Shown piece after piece: positions 56,850-64,000 of a stretch of DNA of 64,000 bases. Position 1 is the stretch's first letter; each line of letters begins with the position of its first letter. The stretch comes from Candidatus Aminicenantes bacterium. GTDB taxonomy: Bacteria; Acidobacteriota; Aminicenantia; Aminicenantales; UBA4085. The notes beneath the pieces were generated by a model. That model worked only from the letters and a program-made list of their open reading frames with translations, had not been told where the DNA came from and did no database searches. A program made the translations under genes and the position numbers. Location: positions 17,280-81,279 of the forward strand of contig JAUYDS010000117.1 in NCBI GenBank assembly GCA_030691735.1, written 5' to 3'.

Positions 56850-59558
56850 TCAGGACAGACACTTCTTCAAGAATTTCGCGGTGAAGGACGTCCGCGACCG
56901 GGCGATCTCTTCCGGCGTTCCCTGGGCGACGATGTCGCCTCCCCCCTCGCCGCCCTCCGGCCCGAGATCGAGGATGTAATCCGCGCACTTGATGACGTCC
57001 AGGTTGTGCTCGATGACGATGACGGAGTGTCCGGCGTCGACCAGCGTTTGGAAACAGCGCAGCAGCGTCGAGACGTCGTCCATGTGGAGACCGATCGTCG
57101 GCTCGTCGAACAGATACAGGATGTGCCGGTCCCGTTCATGGACGAGATGATAGGCGAGCTTGATGCGCTGCAGCTCCCCGCCCGAGAGGGTCGTCGTCGG
57201 CTGCCCCAAGCGCAGGTATCCCAGGCCCACATCTTGCAGCGGCTGGATCCTCTTGGTGATGTCCGGTCGGTCGGCGAAAAATTGGAGCGCGTCATCGATT
57301 GTCAGGTGAAGGACGTCGTCGATGGTCCGGCCCTTGTAGCGGATGTCCAAGATCTCTTTCTTGAACCGCTTCCCCCCGCACGTTTCACAGGTCAGGGTGA
57401 CGTCGGACAGGAACTGCATCTCGACGATCTGCTGGCCGGCGCCCTGGCAGTCCTCGCACCGCCCTCCAGCGGTGTTGAACGAGAAAAAGCCCGGCCGATA
57501 GCCCAAGGCCTTCGCCTCGCGCGTCTGGCTGAAGAGGACGCGGATGCCGTCCATGGCCTTGGTGTAGGTGGCCGGAATGGAGCGCGGCGAGGTGGAGATC
57601 GGCGACTGGTCGACCATGACGATCTTGTCGACGAAATCCAGGCCCCGGATGTCGTGGAAGCCCTCCGTCGTCTCTCCCGTCCATCCTTTGTAGAGGACGT
57701 CGTGGAGGAGGGTGCTCTTGCCCGAGCCCGAGACGCCGGTGATGCAGGTGAACACGCCCAGCGGCAGACGCACGTCCAGATGCCGCAGGTTGTGGGTGTG
57801 GGCGTCCTTGATGAGGAGGAACGCGGCCGCGTCGCGCCTCCGCTTCGGGACGGGGATCTCCTTTTCGCCCCGGATATAGCGCGCCGTCAGGGATGTCGGG
57901 CTCTGGAGGAACGCTTCGGCCGGGCCGTCGAACATGATCTCCCCGCCGTGCTCGCCCGCCCGCGGCCCGAGGTCGATGAGGTGGTCGGCGGAGCGGATGA
58001 TCTCCGGGTCGTGCTCGACGACCATGACCGTATTGCCGATCTCCTTCAGGGACTTGAGGATCTGGATCAGGCGCCGGTTGTCGCGGGGATGAAGGCCGAT
58101 CGAGGGCTCGTCGAGGACGAAGAGGGTCCCGACGAGCGATGAGCTCAGGGCCGCGGCCAGGTTGATCCGCTGGGCTTCCCCGCCGCTCAAGGTGAAGGTC
58201 ATCCGGTCGAGCGAGATGTAGTCGAGCCCGACCTCGAGCAGAAATTTCAGGCGATTCTGGATCTCGGCGACGAGCTTGTCGGCGACTTGCTTCTGGAAGG
58301 GAGGAAGCTCGAGTTTCCGGAAGAATTCGTGGCCGTCCTTGACCGTAAGGCGGACGATGTCGCCGATCGACAGCCCGTCCACCTTCACGCTCAGGGCCAG
58401 GGGATTGAGGCGGCGTTGGCCGCAGGTCGGGCAGGCGATGAACTTCCGGTAACGGCTAAGGAAGACGCGGACCTGAACCTTGTATTTTTTCGTCTGGAGC
58501 CAGTCGAAGAAACCCTTGACGCCCATCCAGCCGTCGCCGCCGTCAAGGATGAAGCGCTGCCACTCTTTCTTGAGGTTCTTGAAGGGGACGTCGATCGGGA
58601 TGCGCCGCTTCCGCGCCTCGCGCAGCATCTCGCGCATCGTGCCGCGCGAAACGGGTTTGGTCCAAGGCTCGATCGCGCCGTCCTTGAGCGAGCGGGACTT
58701 GTCGGGAACGATCTTGTCCTCGTCGAGAACGGCCAGGTCGCCGAAGCCGTGGCAGTCGGGGCAGGCGCCCTGCGGGCTGTTGAAGGAAAAGAGATTGGGG
58801 AACGGGTCCTCGTAAGGGATCCGGCAGGTCTTGCACTCGAGCTTGTCCGAGAAGACGAACTCGCGGCCGTCCTCGGTCCGGACCTTGACCCGGCCTTGGC
58901 CGTGCTTGAGCCCGGCCTCGAGCGAGTCGACGAGGCGCTCGCGGTCCGCCGGATCGAGAGCGAGGCGGTCGACGAAGATATCGAGTGTTTCGTCCTTTTT
59001 GGCCCGGAGGCCGTTGATTTCGACGACCTCCCCGTCGCGGACGGCCCGGTAATAGCCGAGCTTCTTGAGGCGGGCCAGGCCTCCGTCCGCCGGCCAGGCG
59101 AACGAGATCAGGACCTTCGTCCCGGCGGGATGGGCGGTGAGTGTCTCGGCGATGGAATCGATCGTGTCGCGGACGACGGGACGGCCGCACTGGAGGCAGT
59201 GAACGACGCCGATCCGGGCGAAGAGGACGCGGAGGTAATCGTAAGTCTCGGTGACCGTGGCGACCGTGGAGCGCGGGTTCTTGGTCGCCGCCTTCCGTTG
59301 GATGGCGATGGCCGGGGTGATGCCTTCGATCAGGTCGGCGTCCGGCTTATCCATCCGTTCCAGGAACTGGCGGGCGTAGGCCGAGAGGGATTCGATGTAG
59401 CGGCGCTGGCCCTCGGCGTAGAGGGTGTCAAACGCCAAAGACGATTTCCCGGAACCGCTGACCCCGGTGACGACGATGAGCTTGTAGAGAGGGATGTTGA
59501 GATCGATGGCCTTCAGGTTGTGGACCCTGACGCCGCGGAGGATGATATGTTCGTCCAT
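56850..59558 (-). CDS. uvrA: excinuclease ABC subunit A
   Basis: Start placed at MDEHIILRGVRVHNLKAIDL (canonical UvrA N-terminus); two ABC ATPase modules (GVSGSGKSSLAFDTLYAEGQRRYIESLS...), zinc fingers (CxxC pairs). The antisense ORFs 56784..58142 and 58287..59597 are rejected. Confidence 0.85.
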   Translation of the reverse strand: MDEHIILRGVRVHNLKAIDLNIPLYKLIVVTGVSGSGKSSLAFDTLYAEGQRRYIESLSAYARQFLERMDKPDADLIEGITPAIAIQRKAATKNPRSTVATVTETYDYLRVLFARIGVVHCLQCGRPVVRDTIDSIAETLTAHPAGTKVLISFAWPADGGLARLKKLGYYRAVRDGEVVEINGLRAKKDETLDIFVDRLALDPADRERLVDSLEAGLKHGQGRVKVRTEDGREFVFSDKLECKTCRIPYEDPFPNLFSFNSPQGACPDCHGFGDLAVLDEDKIVPDKSRSLKDGAIEPWTKPVSRGTMREMLREARKRRIPIDVPFKNLKKEWQRFILDGGDGWMGVKGFFDWLQTKKYKVQVRVFLSRYRKFIACPTCGQRRLNPLALSVKVDGLSIGDIVRLTVKDGHEFFRKLELPPFQKQVADKLVAEIQNRLKFLLEVGLDYISLDRMTFTLSGGEAQRINLAAALSSSLVGTLFVLDEPSIGLHPRDNRRLIQILKSLKEIGNTVMVVEHDPEIIRSADHLIDLGPRAGEHGGEIMFDGPAEAFLQSPTSLTARYIRGEKEIPVPKRRRDAAAFLLIKDAHTHNLRHLDVRLPLGVFTCITGVSGSGKSTLLHDVLYKGWTGETTEGFHDIRGLDFVDKIVMVDQSPISTSPRSIPATYTKAMDGIRVLFSQTREAKALGYRPGFFSFNTAGGRCEDCQGAGQQIVEMQFLSDVTLTCETCGGKRFKKEILDIRYKGRTIDDVLHLTIDDALQFFADRPDITKRIQPLQDVGLGYLRLGQPTTTLSGGELQRIKLAYHLVHERDRHILYLFDEPTIGLHMDDVSTLLRCFQTLVDAGHSVIVIEHNLDVIKCADYILDLGPEGGEGGGDIVAQGTPEEIARSRTSFTAKFLKKCLS

Positions 59559-59641
59559 GGTTGTCGTCAAAACGCCATAAGAAACCAAACATTATAGCAT
59601 AAATCGCTTTTTGCTATAATGGACGGAACCGGGAGGCCCTG

Positions 59642-59878
59642 ATGCGCAAAAAGCCCCGACTCGCCCTCTCTCTCGGCGCCGCCGTCCTCGTTTTCGGCGG
59701 GCACGATCCCTTCCTGGGGCTGAACGCGGGTTTCGTCGCCCTGGCGGTCAATGCCGTCGTCGCCGTCGGCTTGAGCCTTTTCCTTTCGAGGAGGCGGAGA
59801 TCCGACGGAGTGAGCTTACCGTCAAAAAGGACGCAATTCGTTGACGTCGACGGAGAACGGACATGTGGGATGACCTGA
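59642..59878 (+). CDS. possible small membrane protein (78 aa, two hydrophobic segments)
   Basis: GGGAGG RBS 5 nt upstream of the ATG; high GC3 in the first about 50 codons; hydrophobic (LALSLGAAVLVFGG...FVALAVNAVVAVGLSLFLS) then RRRR. Overlaps the M20 gene start by 16 nt. Could instead be a leader artefact. Confidence 0.3.
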   Translation: MRKKPRLALSLGAAVLVFGGHDPFLGLNAGFVALAVNAVVAVGLSLFLSRRRRSDGVSLPSKRTQFVDVDGERTCGMT

Positions 59879-61023
59879 GGAAGGATATCGGGAATTTGAG
59901 CGGGCGGCTCATCGCCTGGCGCCGGGAGATGCACCGGCATCCCGAAGTGGCCTTGGAAGAAAAATGGACATCGGCCTATTTGGGCGAACATTTCAAAAAA
60001 CTGGGCCTGCCCGTCAAGAAGATGGCGGGGACGGGATTGCGGGCCGTTCTGAAGGGCCGACCCGGCGGTAAGACCGTCGCTCTGCGGACCGACATCGACG
60101 CGCTGCCGCTCCAGGAAGAGGGGGATAAGGCCTACCTTTCGCGGAATCCGGGCGCCGCGCATGCCTGCGCCCACGACGGACACATGGCCGTCCTGATGGG
60201 TGTGGCTGAACTGCTGGCCCGCCGCAAAGGCGCTTTCAAAGGGACCGTCGTTTTCCTCTGCCAGCCCGCCGAAGAGCATCCTCCCGGCGGGGCGAAGGCG
60301 ATGATCGAGGCCGGCGCCCTCGAAGGCGTCGAGGCCATCTTCGGGCTCCATCTCTGGCAGCCGCTGCCGACCGGCACGCTCGGGATCGTCAAGGGGCCGA
60401 TGATGGCCCAATCCGACAACATTTGGATCACGGTCAAAGGCCGCGGCGGCCACGGCGCGATCCCGCAAGCGACCGTCGATCCCGTCCTCGCCGCGGCCCA
60501 GGTCGTGGTCAACCTCCAAAGCGTCGTCAGCCGGAACGTCGATCCTCTGAAACCGGCCGTGCTCTCGTTCGGAGCGGTCCACGGCGGGACGGCGAACAAC
60601 ATCATCCCGGGCGAAGTGAAGCTCACCGGCACGGTCCGGACGCTCGATCCGAAGGTCCAGGCGCTGATGAAAAAGCGGATCCGTGAGGTCGTCGAAGGGA
60701 CGTGCGCGGCGTTCGGCGCTTCGGCCGAAATCGTGTATGAGGACGGCTATCCGCCGCTTGTCAACGATTTCGCCTCGGTCGATCTGGTGCTGGACGTAGC
60801 GAAACGGGCGCTGGGGGAAGAAAACATCCTGGCCATCGATCCGGTGATGGGAGGCGAGGATTTCGCCCGCTATCTCCAGGAGGTCCCCGGCGCGTTTCTG
60901 TTCTTCGGCGCGGGCGACGGGACGAAATATCCGCACCACCACCCGGCCTTCGATTTCGACGAGAAAGCCCTGCCTCCGGCCGTTTTTCTGATGACGGCCC
61001 TGGTCTTGGAATTTTTGAAATGA
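59863..61023 (+). CDS. M20 family amidohydrolase (N-acyl-L-amino acid amidohydrolase / hippuricase-like)
   Basis: 386 aa; M20D motifs (RR.MHRHPEV, ACAHDGH, metal-binding E/H residues). Confidence 0.75.
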   Translation: MWDDLRKDIGNLSGRLIAWRREMHRHPEVALEEKWTSAYLGEHFKKLGLPVKKMAGTGLRAVLKGRPGGKTVALRTDIDALPLQEEGDKAYLSRNPGAAHACAHDGHMAVLMGVAELLARRKGAFKGTVVFLCQPAEEHPPGGAKAMIEAGALEGVEAIFGLHLWQPLPTGTLGIVKGPMMAQSDNIWITVKGRGGHGAIPQATVDPVLAAAQVVVNLQSVVSRNVDPLKPAVLSFGAVHGGTANNIIPGEVKLTGTVRTLDPKVQALMKKRIREVVEGTCAAFGASAEIVYEDGYPPLVNDFASVDLVLDVAKRALGEENILAIDPVMGGEDFARYLQEVPGAFLFFGAGDGTKYPHHHPAFDFDEKALPPAVFLMTALVLEFLK

Positions 61024-61580
61024 GCATCCTGTACGTCCTCGGCGTCGCCCTAGCCTTAACCATGGACGCCTTTGCCGTGGCGGTCGGCCTCAGTCTCTCC
61101 CGGGACGGCCTCCGCGGAGCCCAATCCCTCCGCCTGGCTTTTCTTTTTGGGCTGTTTCAGTTCGTGATGCCGATCGCCGGATGGGCGGCGGGCCAAACGG
61201 TCATCAAGTTCATCACCGACTACGACCATTGGGTGGCCGCGGGCTTGCTCGTCTTTGTCGGGGGTAAGATGATCGCCGAATCCTTTCACAAGGAGGAGGA
61301 GATCGAGCGGAAAGCGGCCGACGTGACCAAGGGCTTCCCCCTCATCCTTCTATCCGTGGCCACCAGCCTCGACGCGCTCGCGGTCGGATTGAGCTTCGGC
61401 GCTCTCCGGGTGCCGATCCTCCTGCCCGCGGCCGTCATCGGCCTCGTCTGTTTCACGGTGACGATGGCCGGAACGAAGATCGGGCCGTTCCTCGGCAAGC
61501 TGGCCGGGAAGTGGGCGGAGATCGCCGGCGGCATCGTGCTTCTTCTGATCGCCGTCAAGATCCTGGCCGATCACCTCTGA
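61020..61580 (+). CDS. mntP: manganese efflux pump MntP
   Basis: 186 aa; duplicated DUF204 halves with the conserved (A)MDAFAVA(V) N-terminal motif; overlaps the upstream stop. Confidence 0.8.
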   Translation: MSILYVLGVALALTMDAFAVAVGLSLSRDGLRGAQSLRLAFLFGLFQFVMPIAGWAAGQTVIKFITDYDHWVAAGLLVFVGGKMIAESFHKEEEIERKAADVTKGFPLILLSVATSLDALAVGLSFGALRVPILLPAAVIGLVCFTVTMAGTKIGPFLGKLAGKWAEIAGGIVLLLIAVKILADHL

Positions 61581-61781
61581 GGTCATCCTGGGCGGATTGG
61601 AAGATCTCATTCACACTTCCCGAGGTTGAATGAGATCCTTCACTTCGTTCAGGACGACCCAAAGGGTCGGATCCCTCGCTGCGCTCGTCAATTCAACGGC
61701 GGCCGGGGCCCCGGGCATTGCCCGGGGGTCCACTTCCGCCGTACTCGCCCGTGGGATACAAGCCACGGGCGAGTGGCGAGC

Positions 61782-63746
61782 CTAAGGCTCGTCCCTTGAC
61801 AGACCGATCTTGAATCCCCCATAGACGGAAAAACCCGGCGTCCCATAACCGAAGACGGTTTCGTATCTCGCGTCGAGGATGTTGTCGAGACGCAGGAACA
61901 GCTGTGTCCTCGAAAAAACGGCGCAGGAAAGCGTGGCGTCCAGGAGCCAATAGCCCGGCAGGATGACGTCGCGCGCGACCATACCCGAGAAATCCTTGTC
62001 CGCCCTCCGCCCCGTGTAAACCGCCGAGAGGTCGACGGTCCATTTTTTGAGGAACATCCAGTCGGCCTGGGCCGTGAACTTGTCCCGCGGCCGCCGGAGC
62101 AGATCGGCGCCGGAATCCAGGTCCCGCGCATCCAGGCGGGTGTAGGAGGTCAGGAGCCGGAGGTTCTCGACGCTTCGGACCTCGCCGGATAGTTCCAGAC
62201 CGCGGGTCCGGGCCCGCCCGATGTTGATGTAACCCAGGCTGAAATCGAAATCGACGAGGTTTCTGAAATCGTTGCGGAAATAGGTGATTCCCGCCAGGAC
62301 GGTCCCGTTCAGGAAATATTGCTCGATCCCGGCGTCCCAACCGCGACTCTCCTCCGGCTTGAGCCGCTCGTTCCCGATCGGACCCCAGAACGTCCCCGGC
62401 GCGTAAAGCTGATAGAGCGAGGGGGATTTAAAGCCGGTGCCGAGCGTGGCTTTGAACTTCGTCTGTGTCGCTTCCAAGAAGTAGGCCGGGGCCAGGCGAT
62501 AGGTGACGGCCGTCCCGGATCGGCTGTGATGGTCGAGGCGCGCGCCGACGGTGGCGAAGAACCGCTCGGCGATCTTCAATTGGTCCTGAACGTAAAGGCC
62601 CGCCGTGTCGGCCGTCCGCCGAGGAAAATCGCTTTCATAGGGCCCCCAGACGCCGAAAGACGTGTACGCGGACTCGCCCCGTTCCCGGGCGAGGTCGGCG
62701 CCGAGGGTGAGCGTGTTGGAGGGATGAAGGAAAACGTTGTTCTGCCAGTCGAGCTTCAAAAGGCCGCCTTTGAACGTCCCCTGTTCCGAATCGAACGGAT
62801 GAGCCGCGTCGACCGAATTGTCATGGTCACGGCGCGAGTCGATATACGAGAAGCCGAGCTTCTGCTCCCAATGGTTCTTGAGGAAAAGACCGCGCACCTG
62901 GCCGCGCAGGAAAAAGGAGCGGTAATCCTGGACGCTGTTGAGATCGTCGCCGCCGGGGCCGCCGAAATTGTCCAGGTCCGTCCGGGCCGCCACCGAGCGG
63001 ACGATGAGATCGGCTTCGAGATTATCGCCGAGGGCGATCCCCAGTCTTCCCGAAAGACCGAGATTCCGGTAGGCGTCTTTTTCCGCGTTCCCGGATAAAG
63101 CCGTCGATGCCGCCGAGATCCCCGCCGACGAGAACTGAGACAGGCCGAAAGCATAATTCAACCGGCCGCTGGAACCTCCCAGGTCCACGGCGTTAGCCAG
63201 CGTTTTGAAAGATCCCGCCTGGGACGAAAGCGTCAGCCGAGGTTTGCCCTGCCCTTTCCTGGTCAGGATGTTGATCACGCCGCCCAGAGCGTCCGAACCG
63301 TAGAGCGTGCTCTGGGGGCCGCGCAGGATCTCGATCCGCTCGACGTTGTCGACGGACAAGTGGGCGAAGTCGTACGACCGGGACGGATTGATGGGGTCAT
63401 TGACCTCGACGCCATCGAGGAGGACGAGGAGATGCTCGGAGTTGGCTCCCCGGAGGAACGCGGAGGAGGACGATCCCGGCCCGCCGTTCTGAATGACCGC
63501 GAGGCCCATGACGTCCCGCAGGGCTTCGAGGACCGTCGGCCGGTTCGACCTCTCCAGGTCCGTCCGGGTGATCACCGTCACGGAACTGGCCAACTCCCGG
63601 GCCGGCGTCTCGATCCGGGTGGCGGTGACCACGATCTCGTATTGAAGGGACTGCGGGGCGGCCGTCTGGCCCTTTTTGTCCTCGCCTCCGAACTGCGGCG
63701 GGACCAGAGCGAGAGCAAAGGCGAAAATAATGGCGATGTTGCCCAT
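61782..63746 (-). CDS. btuB: TonB-dependent outer-membrane receptor, cobalamin-type (BtuB-like)
   Basis: Start at ATG 63746-63744 (MGNIAIIFAFALALVPPQFGG signal peptide; RBS ggaggagg); TonB box (EIVVTATRIETP), plug and 22-strand barrel-type repeats; preceded by a cobalamin riboswitch. The antisense ORF 62319..63098 is rejected. Confidence 0.8.
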   Translation of the reverse strand: MGNIAIIFAFALALVPPQFGGEDKKGQTAAPQSLQYEIVVTATRIETPARELASSVTVITRTDLERSNRPTVLEALRDVMGLAVIQNGGPGSSSSAFLRGANSEHLLVLLDGVEVNDPINPSRSYDFAHLSVDNVERIEILRGPQSTLYGSDALGGVINILTRKGQGKPRLTLSSQAGSFKTLANAVDLGGSSGRLNYAFGLSQFSSAGISAASTALSGNAEKDAYRNLGLSGRLGIALGDNLEADLIVRSVAARTDLDNFGGPGGDDLNSVQDYRSFFLRGQVRGLFLKNHWEQKLGFSYIDSRRDHDNSVDAAHPFDSEQGTFKGGLLKLDWQNNVFLHPSNTLTLGADLARERGESAYTSFGVWGPYESDFPRRTADTAGLYVQDQLKIAERFFATVGARLDHHSRSGTAVTYRLAPAYFLEATQTKFKATLGTGFKSPSLYQLYAPGTFWGPIGNERLKPEESRGWDAGIEQYFLNGTVLAGITYFRNDFRNLVDFDFSLGYINIGRARTRGLELSGEVRSVENLRLLTSYTRLDARDLDSGADLLRRPRDKFTAQADWMFLKKWTVDLSAVYTGRRADKDFSGMVARDVILPGYWLLDATLSCAVFSRTQLFLRLDNILDARYETVFGYGTPGFSVYGGFKIGLSRDEP

Positions 63747-63784
63747 ATCCGTTGGACCTCCTCCGTTGGCCCCCGCTTTTTCGA

Positions 63785-63980
63785 GCAAAAAAAAACGCCC
63801 TGCCTTCCCCACGAAGGCGGGTATCGAGGCTTAAAGCAGGTCTCCTGACTCTCGGATCGTCCTCCTCCCGGGCCTTCCTATCCTCAGCGGAGGAAAGTGG
63901 CGTCGTCCGGGATTCGTCCCCGATCACAGTAGCGGGGGCTGTGTCCGCATTTCACGGACTTCCCTGGCATTTAAGCCTGA
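63785..63980 (-). ncRNA. cobalamin (B12) riboswitch with terminator-type expression platform
   Basis: On the minus strand: P1 ggcttaaa...tttaagcc; conserved core GGGAAGUCCGUGAAAUGCGGACACAGCCCCCGCUACUGUGA; B12 box GAGAGUCAGGAGACCUGC; then hairpin cccgccttcgtggggaaggcaggg plus U9 (plus-strand A-run 63787-63795) directly upstream of the btuB-like RBS. Confidence 0.75.
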
Positions 63981-64000
63981 AGAAATATTTATAGACCAAT

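Noticed and set aside
56784-59597. 452-aa and 436-aa plus-strand ORFs opposite uvrA
   Set aside because: Antisense artefacts. UvrA ABC/zinc-finger motifs are on the minus strand.

Overview
High-GC bacterial chromosomal segment (64 kb), densely coding and largely housekeeping. Compositionally biased antisense ORFs in the six-frame track are disregarded; the real coding strand was chosen by family-level similarity I recognise and by amino-acid composition. From the left edge: partial smpB (runs off the edge, not in the ORF track), CorC/CNNM transporter and carD on the minus strand, then an unusually AT-rich island with direct repeats. The conserved rpmH(44 aa, missed by the ORF track)-rnpA-yidD-yidC-jag block follows. 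An approximately 1 kb non-coding spacer packed with nested inverted-repeat (MITE-like) elements separates jag from mnmE. Next come mnmE-mnmG-parA-parB-bactofilin and a KDO/GDP-mannose LPS-precursor cluster with pyrG (kdsB-pyrG-kdsA-kdsD-manB-manC). A secreted transglutaminase-like protein, YhhN, a thymidylate-synthase-like protein, a URO-D-like protein (with an in-frame copy of the spacer palindrome), radC, fhs, recA, a Tat-secreted SOD-like protein and corA follow. From 30-53 kb lies an acyl-CoA metabolism island: CoA-transferase, meaB plus a split B12-dependent methylmalonyl-CoA-mutase family enzyme, beta-oxidation genes, propionyl-CoA carboxylase, methylmalonyl-CoA epimerase, and a minus-strand leucine-catabolism-like operon (isovaleryl-CoA DH, BCCP, biotin carboxylase, methylglutaconyl-CoA hydratase, methylcrotonyl-CoA carboxylase beta) extended by an archaeal-type HMG-CoA synthase/thiolase/DUF35 triad. 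The right end carries a VKOR-DsbA fusion, two hypotheticals, uvrA, an M20 amidohydrolase, mntP, and a TonB-dependent receptor preceded by a clear cobalamin riboswitch. I found no obvious defence system, phage or IS element. The unexplained signals are repeat and regulatory architecture: a MITE-like family including an in-frame copy inside a CDS, a 23-nt dispersed repeat family with one perfect 50-nt palindrome over a promoter, a 5-unit tandem hairpin array in the corA leader, and a GGGGACA/TGTCCCC array inside the liu-like operon.
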